A stretch of DNA of 64,000 bases from an uncultured bacterium (GTDB taxonomy: Bacteria > Poribacteria > WGA-4E > GCA-2687025). The notes under the pieces are model-generated. The model saw nothing but the letters and a program-made list of their open reading frames with translations, searched no databases and was not told where the DNA came from. Positions 20,069 through 30,382 of this stretch are shown here, piece after piece. A program made the translations under genes and the position numbers. Every line of letters starts with the position of its first letter. The first letter of the stretch is position 1. The DNA lies in the NCBI GenBank assembly GCA_964473525.1, contig CAYYPK010000010.1, positions 97,657 through 161,656 of the forward strand. Direction: 5' to 3'.

Positions 20069-20915
20069 GCGTATGCTCAGGAAGATGGCTGCTGTCGCGG
20101 CCTCTGCGGGATCGCTCGCGTTCGCCTCCTCCGCGATGGCGGCGGAGGGTGGACACCAGTCCCTATTTGCCTACCTCGTGCCCGCTGGGTTACGCGGCAC
20201 GTTGCGCGCGTACCCAAACTGGGGGCAGGTGGACGTCATCGCCAACACGTTCTACATATCGCTCACCGTGCTGGTGTTGCTCATCTACCTGGCGCGCAAG
20301 CTCAGCTACATCCCCGAGCGGCGAGGGCAGGCGGCGGTTGAGATGCTCGTCGAAGGTCTTGGGTCGCAATTCAAGCCGGTGTTGGGGCCGCGCGGCGAGA
20401 AGTACCTGCCGTTCATCAGCGCGTATTTCGTGCTGATCCTCGCGTGGAACCTCGCGGGGCTGCTGCCCGGGCTGCAGGCTCCCACGGCGGAGCTGAACAC
20501 GACTATCGCCCTGGCGGCTATCTCCATCTTCACCGTACAGGCCGTGGCGATACGGGAGTTGGGGCTCTTCGGCTACCTGAAGCATCTCGCGGTGGTGCAG
20601 GGACCGATCGTCATTCTCATGTTCCCGCTGGAGGTCGTAACCCAGTTCGCGCGCGTGATATCGCTGGCGTTGCGGCTGTTTGCGAACATCTACGCCAAGG
20701 AGGTGGTCCTTGGGGTACTGTACATGCTGGCCGTGAAGCTCTTCTACATCCCGGTGCAGCTCCCGGTGGTGTTCATCGGCATACTCGCGAGCCTGATCCA
20801 GGCGTTCATTTTCGCGATCTTGACCTCGGTATACATCGGGCAGTTCCTCGAGGAACACGACCACTCGGAGCACCACGACGAAGGCGACGTGGCGCACGCG
20901 CACGGCGCGGCCTGA
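20058..20915 (+). CDS. atpB: F0F1 ATP synthase subunit a
   Basis: Essential Arg motif LALRLFANIYA and C-terminal helices. The N-terminal signal-like segment and His-rich C-terminal tail EEHDHSEHHDEGDVAHAHG are unusual. Confidence 0.88.
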   Translation: MWFRRMLRKMAAVAASAGSLAFASSAMAAEGGHQSLFAYLVPAGLRGTLRAYPNWGQVDVIANTFYISLTVLVLLIYLARKLSYIPERRGQAAVEMLVEGLGSQFKPVLGPRGEKYLPFISAYFVLILAWNLAGLLPGLQAPTAELNTTIALAAISIFTVQAVAIRELGLFGYLKHLAVVQGPIVILMFPLEVVTQFARVISLALRLFANIYAKEVVLGVLYMLAVKLFYIPVQLPVVFIGILASLIQAFIFAILTSVYIGQFLEEHDHSEHHDEGDVAHAHGAA

Positions 20916-21026
20916 GCGGCGTACAGACCCGGTGTCGGTTTCGCGGCGGCGCTGCGTTAGCTCCGCCATGGTGATGTCCCTCATCGTAGGCACGATGAGC
21001 AATCTCGGAGATGGGAGACGGTACGC

Positions 21027-21320
21027 ATGATCTACTTAGCGGCGTTGGCGCTAGCAGTTGGTTTCGGCCTGCCGATCGCGGTTCTCGCGGCGGCAACCGC
21101 CCAGGGCAAGGCGATCGCGCAGGGCCTCGAGAGCATGGCGCGGCAGCCTGAATCGGCCGGTGGACTCCAGACAGCGATGCTGATCGGTCTGGCGTTCATC
21201 GAGCTGTTCATCCTGCTGTCGTTCGTGCTTGGGTTCCTTCTGCTCGGCAAGCTGCCGACCATTGATCCCGCGCAGGCTGTCGAGATGGCGAAGGCTGCCG
21301 TCGAAACGGCCGCCAACTAA
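21027..21320 (+). CDS. atpE: F0F1 ATP synthase subunit c
   Basis: Hairpin with ARQPE loop and carboxylate in FIELFILL. 97 aa with about 20 extra C-terminal residues. Confidence 0.88.
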   Translation: MIYLAALALAVGFGLPIAVLAAATAQGKAIAQGLESMARQPESAGGLQTAMLIGLAFIELFILLSFVLGFLLLGKLPTIDPAQAVEMAKAAVETAAN

Positions 21321-21360
21321 GCCACGAAGACCGAGCAACCGCGGAGACCTGGCGAACACG

Positions 21361-21993
21361 ATGCAGATCTCATGGACACATCGCGCGCGAATCGCCTTGG
21401 GCGGTGGCGCCGTCGGCGCCGTCGGGCTTGGGCTGGCTGCGGCTGCGTTCGCGGCAACGGCCCCCGACACGTCGCACGGCGGCGGCGCTTCTGCCTCGCC
21501 TCTTGACGCGCTGCACCTGGACTGGCAGGTCATCGCGGGTCAGGCGGTCGGGTTCCTCGTCGCGTTCTTCATCCTGTGGCGAGCAGTATTCAGTCGCGTA
21601 GGAGCGGTCCTCGATCGCCGGCGCACGGACATCGCGGACAGGATGAGTAAGCTCGAATCCGACCAGGCCGAAGCGGCCCGGGTAAGGGCTGAAATCGAAG
21701 AGCGCCTGGCCGAAATCGGCCGCGAGGCGCAGGCCCGCTATGAGACTGCCACCCGCGAGGGCGAGGAGCAGCGCGAGCGGATCGTCACCGAGGCGCGGGA
21801 GGCCGCGCAGGCGGAAGTCGACCGCGCGCAGGAGATGATCGAGCGCGAGAAGGCCACTGCGATCCTGGAGCTCCGCTCCGAGGTGGCTGGCCTTGTCGTG
21901 CAGGCGACGCGCGAGATCCTCGGTGAGTCTCTGGACGAGGCGCGGCAACGGCAGATCGTCGACGACATGATCGAGCGGCTACCGACGGAGTAG
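21361..21993 (+). CDS. atpF: F0F1 ATP synthase subunit b
   Basis: Start chosen at ATG 21361 (GGAGA upstream), not track start 21229 which overlaps atpE. One N-terminal TM then a long charged coiled coil. Confidence 0.8.
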   Translation: MQISWTHRARIALGGGAVGAVGLGLAAAAFAATAPDTSHGGGASASPLDALHLDWQVIAGQAVGFLVAFFILWRAVFSRVGAVLDRRRTDIADRMSKLESDQAEAARVRAEIEERLAEIGREAQARYETATREGEEQRERIVTEAREAAQAEVDRAQEMIEREKATAILELRSEVAGLVVQATREILGESLDEARQRQIVDDMIERLPTE

Positions 21994-22020
21994 CCGTCCC
22001 GGCAAGCGGGGAGACCGGAG

Positions 22021-22563
22021 TTGCGGAACCTGCGCATCGCGCGAGGATACGCCAAGGCGCTCGTGCAATCCGCCGACGACGCGGGAAGCATCAACGACGT
22101 CGAGTCTGGGCTGACAGCCCTCCAGGAGATGCTCTCCGGGTCGGAGGAGCTGCAGGCGTTCTTCGTCGACCCGATGGTGTCGCCGGAGGCGAAGGCGGAG
22201 ATCGCCGAGCAGGTGTTCGGCGATGCCCTGCCGCCGCTCCTCCAATCGTTCGTCGCGCTGCTCATCGAGAAGCGTCGCGAGCGGGAACTGGCGTCGATAG
22301 TCGCCGAGACGCGCCGGCTGCTCAACGAACGTGCTGGGATCGAGACGGCGTACGTGAGGAGCGCCATCCCCCTCTCGGACGAGCAGACACAGGGCCTCCA
22401 AACGCGCCTTCAGGCAATCACAGGCAACACGATGCAGCTCGAGGTGGAGATCGACCCCAGCGTGGTGGGCGGCTTCGTCGTACGCATCCAGGACACGATC
22501 TACGACGCTTCCGTGAGCACGCAGATTCTGCGGCTGCAGGATTCCTTGGCGGCGGGACGCTGA
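22021..22563 (+). CDS. atpH: F0F1 ATP synthase subunit delta (OSCP)
   Basis: TTG start. OSCP-like 180-aa protein with the C-terminal VVGGFVVRIQDTIYDASV motif. Confidence 0.8.
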   Translation: MRNLRIARGYAKALVQSADDAGSINDVESGLTALQEMLSGSEELQAFFVDPMVSPEAKAEIAEQVFGDALPPLLQSFVALLIEKRRERELASIVAETRRLLNERAGIETAYVRSAIPLSDEQTQGLQTRLQAITGNTMQLEVEIDPSVVGGFVVRIQDTIYDASVSTQILRLQDSLAAGR

Positions 22564-22577
22564 CCTAGAGGGACACG

Positions 22578-24110
22578 ATGGCACAGCAGGTACGTCCGGA
22601 CGAGATTTCAAGAATACTGCGGCAGTCGCTCGAGCGGTTCACCTCCGAGGTGGATGTCTACGAGTCAGGTACCGTGCTCCAGCTGGGAGACGGCATCGCG
22701 CGCGTGCACGGGCTCCAGAATGTAATGGCGTCCGAACTGCTTGAATTCCCGGGCGGCGTCATGGGTATGGCGCTGAACCTGGAAGAGGACAACGTCGGTT
22801 GCGTGCTCTTCGGCGACAGCACCCACGTCCGCGAAGGCGACACGGTCAAACGCACGGGGCGCATTATTGAGATCCCCGTGGGCGACGCGCTACTCGGCCG
22901 CGTCGTGGATCCGCTCGGTCGCGTGATCGACGGCAAAGGCGACGTCACCACGAGCGAGACGTTGCCCGTGGAACGCAAAGCCCCAGGCATCATTGATCGG
23001 CAACCCGTGCGCGATCCGATGATGACCGGCCTGAAGATCGTGGACGGCACGACGCCCGTTGGCCGCGGCCAGCGTGAGTTGATCATCGGCGACCGCCAGA
23101 TCGGCAAGACCGCCATCGGCATCGACGCGATCATCAACCAGAAGGACAACGACGTCTACTGCATCTATGTCGCGATCGGCCAGAAGGGGTCGACCATCGC
23201 GAAGATCATGCAGGTGCTTGAGGACCACGGCGCTCTCGAATACACGACGATCGTGTCCGCGACCGCTAGCGAGCCGGCTCCCATTCTGTGGATCGCGCCG
23301 TACGCCGGCGCCACGCTCGCCGAATACTATCGCGACAGCGGACGCAACTCGCTCGTCATCTACGACGACCTCACCAAGCACGCGTGGGCCTATCGCGAGA
23401 TGGCGCTGAACCTGCGCCGCCCAGCTGGACGCGAGGCGTACCCAGGTGACGTGTTCTACCTGCACTCCCGGCTGCTCGAGCGCTCCGCGAAGATGAGCGA
23501 CGAGCGCGGCGGCGGGTCGATGACGGCTTTACCCATCATCGAGACGCAGGAAGAGGACGTTACGACCTACATCCCCACGAACGTCTGGTCCATCACGGAC
23601 GGGCAGATGATCATGGAGCCGGGCCTGTTCTACTCCGGTGTGCGGCCGGCGATGAACGTGGGTCTATCGGTATCGCGCCTCATGGGTAACGCCCAGTCCG
23701 ACTGCATGAAGCAGATCTGCGGGCCGTTGCGCGCGGAGCTGGCGCGCTACCGCGAAACGCTCGCCTTCGCGCAGTTCGGCTCGGACCAGCTGGACGCGGC
23801 AACGCGCGCGCAGCTCGAACGCGGCGAGCGCATGGCGGAACTGCTCAAGCAGGACCAGTACGAGCCGTTGCCGCAGTGGAAGCAGATTCTCAGCATCTTC
23901 GTCGGACGCGAGAACCTGGCGGAGGACGTTGAGGTCGACAACGTGCGGCACTTCGAACTCGCGCTGCACGACTTCTTCGACCGCGAAGAGAAGCCGATGA
24001 CCGAGCGACTGGATGAATACGACGAGCTGACGGACGACGAGTTGGCCGCGCTCAGGTCGGCCGTCGACCGGTTCAAGGAGTCGTACGACCCGTCCAGCGA
24101 GGCCGCGTAG
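22578..24110 (+). CDS. atpA: F0F1 ATP synthase subunit alpha
   Basis: [11 protein letters not shown]-loop, 510 aa, highly conserved throughout. Confidence 0.95.
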   Translation: MAQQVRPDEISRILRQSLERFTSEVDVYESGTVLQLGDGIARVHGLQNVMASELLEFPGGVMGMALNLEEDNVGCVLFGDSTHVREGDTVKRTGRIIEIPVGDALLGRVVDPLGRVIDGKGDVTTSETLPVERKAPGIIDRQPVRDPMMTGLKIVDGTTPVGRGQRELIIGDRQIGKTAIGIDAIINQKDNDVYCIYVAIGQKGSTIAKIMQVLEDHGALEYTTIVSATASEPAPILWIAPYAGATLAEYYRDSGRNSLVIYDDLTKHAWAYREMALNLRRPAGREAYPGDVFYLHSRLLERSAKMSDERGGGSMTALPIIETQEEDVTTYIPTNVWSITDGQMIMEPGLFYSGVRPAMNVGLSVSRLMGNAQSDCMKQICGPLRAELARYRETLAFAQFGSDQLDAATRAQLERGERMAELLKQDQYEPLPQWKQILSIFVGRENLAEDVEVDNVRHFELALHDFFDREEKPMTERLDEYDELTDDELAALRSAVDRFKESYDPSSEAA

Positions 24111-24140
24111 CCAGGGCCCGACCTGCCGGTTCGATTTCCC

Positions 24141-24174
24141 ACACGCCGCCCACACCGGGCGGCGTGTTTGCGTT
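24141..24174 (+). terminator. Rho-independent-like terminator after atpA
   Basis: Perfect 11-bp inverted repeat ACACGCCGCCC / GGGCGGCGTGT with a 5-nt loop, followed by TTGCGTT. Lies immediately after the atpA stop. Confidence 0.6.
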
Positions 24175-24221
24175 GGGGCTACGGCTGGGTCACGACAGCG
24201 CGCAGCGAGGAGTCAGACAGA

Positions 24222-24740
24222 ATGGCGGCACGCGGTAACGGCTTGCTGGTGACGACGCTGGTGATGGGCGCCATGGCGGGAGGGCTCGTCATCGTCGGGG
24301 TCGTGCGGGGCGACCGTCAGCACGTGGACGGGCTCCATATCGCGCTTGGGACAGCCGCGCGCATGCTGCCGTTGATCCTGTGCGCGTTCGTGGTGGCAGG
24401 CATGGCGCAGGCACTGGTGCCGACCGGGTTCGTCTCCCGGTGGCTGGGCGAAGAGTCAGGATGGAAGGGTATCGGCATCGGGGCGGTGGTAGGGAGCCTA
24501 ACGCCCGGCGGCCCGTACGTGAGCCTGCCCCTGGCCGCCGGGCTCGTTCAGTCGGGCGCCGGACTGGGGTCGAGCGTTGCATTCCTGACAGGATGGGCCG
24601 TGTGGAGCGTCCACCGGCTGCCGCTGGAGTTCAGCATCCTCGGGTGGCGCCTCACGCTCGTGCGTGTCGCGTGTTGCGCCGTCTTCCCACCCATCGCGGG
24701 CGCGCTGGCGCAATCCGTGTCCCGGTACGTCAAGTTGTAG
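24222..24740 (+). CDS. Predicted permease, small hydrophobic protein (DUF318/YraQ-like half-permease)
   Basis: Four or five TM helices. The ATG at 24222 was chosen because the track start at 24168 lies inside the atpA terminator hairpin. Confidence 0.5.
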   Translation: MAARGNGLLVTTLVMGAMAGGLVIVGVVRGDRQHVDGLHIALGTAARMLPLILCAFVVAGMAQALVPTGFVSRWLGEESGWKGIGIGAVVGSLTPGGPYVSLPLAAGLVQSGAGLGSSVAFLTGWAVWSVHRLPLEFSILGWRLTLVRVACCAVFPPIAGALAQSVSRYVKL

Positions 24741-25371
24741 GCTCGGCCACGCCTTCGCCCCGGCGCCGCGCGAGCGCACGCTGCACCTGTTCGGCAATGA
24801 GTCCAACCGATTCGTGCTGACTGATGGCGCGGCCTATGTCGTCGTACTCCGCGAACTGCTCGGCCCGGCCCTCCTCGTGCAGCCAATCCACGAAGGCGTC
24901 CGTAGATTCCTCGGTGGGCTGTATCTTCTGCACCATCGCGGCGACGGAGCACGCCTCCGAGTCGTTGGCCGCCCAGTGCGTCCGGCATCCATATGGTCGC
25001 GCGATGTACGCTCGACAGCGGTCGTCGTCGTCAAGGAACGGGCAGCGCAGATCGAAGCCGTAGTGCAGGCCGATGAGCGTGTCCTCATCCTCGGACCCAT
25101 CGCAGCCGGCGTCGGCGCGGCACGCGCGTAGGAGCTCGATGTAGGCGTCGACCGACCGCGTTAGCACGCGCAGGAGCGCCGGGTCGCGACCGACGTATTC
25201 CGCGAGCAGGTCAGCCTCGGATTCGCTGCACGTCGCGTACACCTTGCAGCAGTGGTGACAGCCGGGCTCGCACGCCACCGTACCACCCTTGTCCTGGAAC
25301 GAAGCAAGGGTGTGGTCCCAGAACGTGTCTACGTTGTGCTGGAAAAGAACGAGGTCGGCGTGGGCGATCAT
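24730..25371 (-). CDS. YkgJ-family Zn/Fe-chelating cysteine-cluster protein (UPF0153)
   Basis: CEPGCHHCC motif plus a downstream cysteine cluster (CPFLDDDDRC). Confidence 0.65.
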   Translation of the reverse strand: MIAHADLVLFQHNVDTFWDHTLASFQDKGGTVACEPGCHHCCKVYATCSESEADLLAEYVGRDPALLRVLTRSVDAYIELLRACRADAGCDGSEDEDTLIGLHYGFDLRCPFLDDDDRCRAYIARPYGCRTHWAANDSEACSVAAMVQKIQPTEESTDAFVDWLHEEGRAEQFAEYDDIGRAISQHESVGLIAEQVQRALARRRGEGVAEPTT

Positions 25372-25381
25372 CCGACGGCGT

Positions 25382-26380
25382 CTACCGGACGAACCGTGGC
25401 ATGATGTCCGCGGAGGACAGCACGCCGTGCACGCCGCGCGAGTGGAGCCAGTGGGCGGCCTTCATGTAGCCGAACGCCGGCCCGCACACGTTCGCCGCCA
25501 TGGAAGTCTCGTCGCCCAACGTGAACGTATGGGCGCTCTGACGGCCCTCGAACGTGGTTCCGGTGAGCGTGACCGTGGTGCTGACGGGCTTAGTCGCATT
25601 CCGCGTGTCCACGATGCCGCCGACAGTGACGCGGTCGCGGTCGACCACACCAGCAAGCTCGAGGATGATGTCGTCGGCGTGCTCCATGTCGCGCAATTCG
25701 AGTACGCCGTTGGTCTCGTCGAGCAACTCCGCGACCTGATCGTCGGACATGCGGCGCGCGGCCTCTACGTCGTAACCAGGCATGTGCGCGATGTCCTCGC
25801 GAATCGTGGCGCGGTACGCTTCCCAATTCGCGATGCCAACGCCGAAGTTGATGTCTACGGATTCGACGTGGGCAAACGACTGCGCCGCGACGGTGGCGGC
25901 GGCGGTCAGTAGGCCGGGCGTCGCTCCAGCGCCGACGACGTATGTGATCCCAACGTGCGAAAGCACCGGGTCGAGCTTGACGACCAGCTCGGCGGCGCTC
26001 GTCCGCTTGAGAGCATCGACCATGACGCCCTCGTAACCGTGCCGCGCGAAGCGTTCGATGACCGTGGGGATGAAGTCGTTCGGCAGGTTCGGCAGCGCCA
26101 GGAAGACGCCGTCGGCGGCGTCGGTGTGGGCCAGCAGATCGCCGATGGCGTCGCCTGTGAGCCGGCCGACGCCGCGTGTCGCGCCTACCGTGCCAGTTTC
26201 CCTCTGAGCGGCCGCTAAGGCTTCGGCGTCCAGGCCTTCAGGAGCGTAGGCGTATCCCTGGCTGTCAGCGATAGCGACGAGCCGCATCTCGCTCTTGGTG
26301 GCAAGCATGCGCGTCGCCGCCATCCCCAAGCCACCGGCGCCCAACACCGCAACTCTAAGCACGTCCCTCGTCTCACTCAT
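25382..26380 (-). CDS. NAD(P)-binding oxidoreductase, saccharopine-dehydrogenase/DapB-like fold
   Basis: N-terminal Rossmann motif [17 protein letters not shown]. 332 aa. Specific function not resolvable from sequence alone. Confidence 0.55.
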   Translation of the reverse strand: MSETRDVLRVAVLGAGGLGMAATRMLATKSEMRLVAIADSQGYAYAPEGLDAEALAAAQRETGTVGATRGVGRLTGDAIGDLLAHTDAADGVFLALPNLPNDFIPTVIERFARHGYEGVMVDALKRTSAAELVVKLDPVLSHVGITYVVGAGATPGLLTAAATVAAQSFAHVESVDINFGVGIANWEAYRATIREDIAHMPGYDVEAARRMSDDQVAELLDETNGVLELRDMEHADDIILELAGVVDRDRVTVGGIVDTRNATKPVSTTVTLTGTTFEGRQSAHTFTLGDETSMAANVCGPAFGYMKAAHWLHSRGVHGVLSSADIMPRFVR

Positions 26381-26404
26381 CGGCGGCGGATGCTCCTTGC
26401 CGAG

Positions 26405-26959
26405 CTATGCCCGTTTCGGGGGCTCAAGCTGCTGGATCTCGTCTTCCTGCACGCCCGCGGTCTCCATGACGGCGGTCGCGACCAGTATCGGTACACCCGC
26501 CCGCACAGCCAACGCGATGGCGTCGCTGGGACGGCTGTCCACGGTGCGGTCTTCGCCCTTGAACGTTAGCACAAAGTGCGCGAAGTAGGTCATCTCGCGC
26601 AGGTGCGTGACGACGACTCGCGTGGGGGCCGCCTCCGCCGCTTCAAGGAGCGCGTGGGCGAAGTCGTAGGTCATTGGGCGCGCGGTGGCGATTCCCTTCA
26701 GGCCGAGGCGAATCGCCTGGGCCTCGAAGTGGCCTACCCAGATCGGCAGGTACCGGCCTGCGCCATCGGACAGCACGACGACGCCGTAATCGCCGCGACG
26801 CGACTCGATGACGTCCTCGACCGATACAGGCGTCAGGTCTTCGATGGCAATCGGGTCGGTCCCGGGCGTGGCAGCGCGCGCAGCGTCACCCGTTAGAAGC
26901 GCAGCAACGCCGCCGCTGGCGGCCACGGCGGAGGCGGTCACGAACTGCCTCCGACTCAT
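26405..26959 (-). CDS. Tat-signal-bearing bifunctional nuclease (BFN/DUF151) domain protein
   Basis: The BFN core YGVVVLSDGAGRYLPIWVGHFEAQAI...DSRPSDAIALAVRAGVPILV matches the family consensus. It is preceded by the twin-arginine signal MSRRQFVTASAVAASGGVAALLTGDAARA-A. The track ORF extends to 27064 but the internal ATG at 26959 begins the Tat motif. Confidence 0.7.
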   Translation of the reverse strand: MSRRQFVTASAVAASGGVAALLTGDAARAATPGTDPIAIEDLTPVSVEDVIESRRGDYGVVVLSDGAGRYLPIWVGHFEAQAIRLGLKGIATARPMTYDFAHALLEAAEAAPTRVVVTHLREMTYFAHFVLTFKGEDRTVDSRPSDAIALAVRAGVPILVATAVMETAGVQEDEIQQLEPPKRA

Positions 26960-27068
26960 GCCTGTCCGCTCGTGCGCTCCATCGTCTCCCAACCGGTTCG
27001 CGGTCGGCGTCGGCTCCATGCGTGTCTCCTGTCCCAAGCCGGCCCCGTAGGGCGAACGCGCCAACGGG

Positions 27069-28118
27069 TCAGGCGCCGGGCTTCAGCGACTCCGTGAACG
27101 GCGGCAGGTGCACACCCCGTTCCGTGATGATCGACGTGATGTACTTCGCGGGCGTAACGTCGAAGGCGGGCGCGTAGACATCCACGCCTTCCGGCGCGGT
27201 GCGACGCCCGAAGCCCTCTGTCACTTCCTCCGCAGCGCGCTCCTCAATGGGGATCAGCCCCCCGTGCTCCAGCGTCATATCGAGCGTGGACGTGGGCGCG
27301 GCGACGTGGAACGGAACCCCGTGCTCCTTGGCCAGGACCGCGACGCCGTACGTCCCGATCTTGTTAGCGGCGTCGCCGTTCGCGGCGATGCGATCCGAGC
27401 CTACGACAACGCGCTGAACGCGGCCCTGAGAGAACACGTGCGCCGCGGCGTTGTCGCTGATGAGCGTGCACGGGATGCCAGCGCGCATGAGTTCCCAGGT
27501 CGTCAGCCGCGCGCCTTGAAGGAGAGGCCGCGTCTCATCGACGTATACGGATATGCCCTTGCCCTGCGCGTGGGCGCTGAACATCACCGCCAGCGCCGTG
27601 CCGTATCCGCTCGTGGCGAGACCACCAGCGTTGCAGTGAGTCAGCAGCGTCTCGCCGTCCGACACGACAGACGCGCCGTGCTCGCCGATGGCGTGACAGA
27701 GCGCGTCGTCCTCGTGGTAGATAGCATGGGCTTCGTCGAGCAGCGCCGACCGCATCTCCTCAGCAGAACCGGCCCGCGCGGCGCGCGCCACGCCTCGCAT
27801 CCGGTCCAACGCCCAGAACAGGTTCACCGCGGTGGGGCGCGATGTCGCGAGGTAGTCGGCAGCGGCCTCGACGTCCTTGAGCAGGTCGGCGCCGGATGTG
27901 CCTGACGAGTTCCATATGCTCGTGACGAGACCGTAGGCCGCCGACACGCCGATGGCTGGCGCGCCGCGCACGCGCAACGCGTAGATCGCCTCCCACACCT
28001 CCTCGGCCGTCCGGCAGTCCTTGTAGGTCGTCTCGCCGGGCAGCAAGGTCTGGTCGAGCAGTCGCGTGGCTCCGTCGGCCCACTGCACGGGTCGTATCAG
28101 GTCATCGTTGCTCGACAC
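27069..28118 (-). CDS. mtnA: S-methyl-5-thioribose-1-phosphate isomerase (eIF-2B alpha/beta/delta family)
   Basis: 349 aa with family signatures throughout (RPTAVNLFWALDRM, GANAIAANGD-like CTLISDNAAAHV). Confidence 0.85.
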   Translation of the reverse strand: MSSNDDLIRPVQWADGATRLLDQTLLPGETTYKDCRTAEEVWEAIYALRVRGAPAIGVSAAYGLVTSIWNSSGTSGADLLKDVEAAADYLATSRPTAVNLFWALDRMRGVARAARAGSAEEMRSALLDEAHAIYHEDDALCHAIGEHGASVVSDGETLLTHCNAGGLATSGYGTALAVMFSAHAQGKGISVYVDETRPLLQGARLTTWELMRAGIPCTLISDNAAAHVFSQGRVQRVVVGSDRIAANGDAANKIGTYGVAVLAKEHGVPFHVAAPTSTLDMTLEHGGLIPIEERAAEEVTEGFGRRTAPEGVDVYAPAFDVTPAKYITSIITERGVHLPPFTESLKPGA

Positions 28119-28745
28119 TCACACCCTCCTCGGAGACGGGTTCCGGTCGCGGCGCGTTCGCCGGTCGGTCGGCGGCCTCGTCGTCGCCGGGCGGCTCGAA
28201 TTCGTCAGGGAAGCTCTCGAGTTCCTCGGGTTCGACGACCGACGCGGCTCCATGCTTCTTGACACGGTCCACGAATGCGCCGTGGGCCTCCTTGAGGAAC
28301 TCCAGCGCGCCATCGCGCCCGAGCCACCCGACGAGCGGGAAGAAGGGCTCGTAGAACTGCACGATCCGCCGGAGGGCGGTCTCATCCAGGTCGTGTATGT
28401 CCCGTATGTCGTCGTAACGCGGCTCCCCGAGCAGCACGCTGATGATCTGGTGGTCGCCGTCGCGTCGCTGGAGGGCGCCGATGGGGCGAGCCTCGCAGAT
28501 ATTGCCACCCCACGTGGGCTTGCGCGCCAGGACGACCGCATTCACCCGCTTGCCGCCCTTGGCCCACGTCTCCGGTACCCAGCCGTACTCGCCGGGCGTG
28601 GAGACCATGAGACGGTAGTCCACGACGAAGGCTCGCCGCTTGCGGTGGTATCGGTACCGCTTGCGGCTCCCCTTGGGTATCTCGACGACGACGTTCATGA
28701 TTCCGGGAGCGTACCGCCCGATGGGCGTCTGGAATATGTTCATGT
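28102..28745 (-). CDS. ppa: Inorganic pyrophosphatase
   Basis: VVEIPKGSRKRYRY, YGWVPET and a DGD motif. Start chosen at the MNIFQT ATG; the track ORF is 40 codons longer. Confidence 0.8.
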
Positions 28746-29016
28746 CGTGGCTCCCTACACGGGGCCTGGCGGGACAACCGGCCCCGGCGCGCGGCTCTGT
28801 GGATGGGTGAAGAACGCGACGCCTACGACAGACATGCCGAGAGATGCTCACACAAGGTAGCAAAGTCGACGTGCAGTGTCAAGCTGGGACGCCCGCAATG
28901 CCGCTCTGCGAGCGGTCTGAGGCACTCTCAACGCAGTGTGTGGACTCCTCGTCGGCCGCGTGCTATCGTTGAGTCGCCCCTAACCGGAAGCGTACCCACG
29001 AGGAAGGAGTCGCCGA

Positions 29017-30075
29017 ATGGCGAAGAAGCTTAGAGTCGGCATCGTAGGCGTCGGCGGGATCGCGCACACGCACTTGCCAGGATGGGCGGCGTCCGAGCAC
29101 GCCGAGGTCGTGGCCGGTAGTGACGTCAGCGGCGACGCGCTGCAACGCTGGGGCGACGCCCAGGGGATCACACAGCTCGCAACGGACCCTCAGGAGCTGT
29201 TCGACGACCCGGATATAGACATTATCGACGTCTGCACGCCTAACAACTACCACGCCCCACTGTCCATCGCCGCCCTAGACGCCGGCAAGCACGTGATCTG
29301 CGAAAAGCCGCTTGCCCCAAGCCCCGCCCTCGTGCGCGACATGATCGCCGCGCGAGACCGGTCGGGTAAGCTGCTCATGACGGCGCAGCACTTCCGCTTC
29401 GAGAGCCACTCCAAGGCCCTGAAAGAGGAAATCGACCAGGGCGCCCTCGGCGACATATACCACGCTCGCTCCTGGATGCTGAGACGCGGGGGAGCCCCGA
29501 CTGGCCCTGGCTTCATCCAGAAGCGGCATAGCGGCGGCGGCCCGTGCATAGACATCGGCGTGCACATCCTGGATCTCACGCTCTGGTTCATGGGCAACCC
29601 GCAACCGACGACCGTTACGGGCGTCGCGCGCGCGGGCCTTGCGCACCTGCCAGGCGCCTTCACCGGATGGGGTCGCGCTCCAATCCCCGCCGAGTTCGAT
29701 GTCGAGGACTTCGCCTCTGCGTTCGTGCGCTTCGACAATGGGGCGACGCTCGTGATCGAGGTAAGCTGGTTGCTCCATCACGACACGATGGGCGAGGACA
29801 TGCAGATGTGGCTCTACGGCACCAAAGCCGGTAGCCACTGGCCGAAGCTCGAAGTGTACGAAGCAAACAACGACACGCGGCAGTACTACAACCGCTCACT
29901 GAAGCTGCGGCCCAGCACGATCGAAGCGCACGCTCAGGAGTGCGTCGAGTTCGCGCAGGCGATCGTCAACGGCGACTCGTCACCGGTGCCGCCGGAAGAG
30001 TCGTTGCAGGTGATGCAGATCCTCGACGGTATCTACCAGAGCGAGGAGAGTGGCCGCGAGTTCGTGATCGAATAG
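29017..30075 (+). CDS. Gfo/Idh/MocA-family NAD(P)-dependent oxidoreductase
   Basis: N-terminal LRVGIVGVGGIA Rossmann and an EKP motif. Strong AGGAAGGAG SD. Confidence 0.85.
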   Translation: MAKKLRVGIVGVGGIAHTHLPGWAASEHAEVVAGSDVSGDALQRWGDAQGITQLATDPQELFDDPDIDIIDVCTPNNYHAPLSIAALDAGKHVICEKPLAPSPALVRDMIAARDRSGKLLMTAQHFRFESHSKALKEEIDQGALGDIYHARSWMLRRGGAPTGPGFIQKRHSGGGPCIDIGVHILDLTLWFMGNPQPTTVTGVARAGLAHLPGAFTGWGRAPIPAEFDVEDFASAFVRFDNGATLVIEVSWLLHHDTMGEDMQMWLYGTKAGSHWPKLEVYEANNDTRQYYNRSLKLRPSTIEAHAQECVEFAQAIVNGDSSPVPPEESLQVMQILDGIYQSEESGREFVIE

Positions 30076-30382
30076 CCGACGTAGCGGGGCCAGGCGCGCC
30101 GGCCCCGCTCATTCTCGGGCTCTGTCTACGGGTGATGCGGTTCGCAGCACGGTGGGCGCCGGCATCCGTCATTCCGAACGGAGCGAGGGATCTCCATGGC
30201 GAGTGACGACGCAGAGATTCTACGTCGCGATGCCCCTCAGAATGACCGGCGGAGAGCGAGCCCGATCGGGAACACCATCGCGTGTTGAGCGCACCCGCTC
30301 ATTCTGCCGCATTGCTGGCTCGTACGCCGGGTGGTACCATCGTGGCACGTCTTCCGATCTGGGAGCCTTACAGGGTGGATCG

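Noticed and set aside
21229-21360. Upstream extension of atpF starting at 21229 and overlapping atpE
   Set aside because: The extension overlaps the conserved c-subunit gene in another frame and is Arg/Pro-rich. ATG 21361 with GGAGA upstream gives a canonical 210-aa b subunit.
27069-28863. Possible misannotation of mtnA/ppa overlap (17-bp overlap, track ppa start at 28863)
   Set aside because: The overlap is resolved by using the internal ATG (MNIFQT) at about 28745 for ppa. The long upstream extension is non-homologous, so there is no evidence of gene fusion.
30152-30382. N-terminal 77-codon extension of the CPBP protease ORF
   Set aside because: The extension is hydrophilic Arg/Ser-rich and non-homologous. 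The ATG at 30383 immediately precedes the first TM helix.
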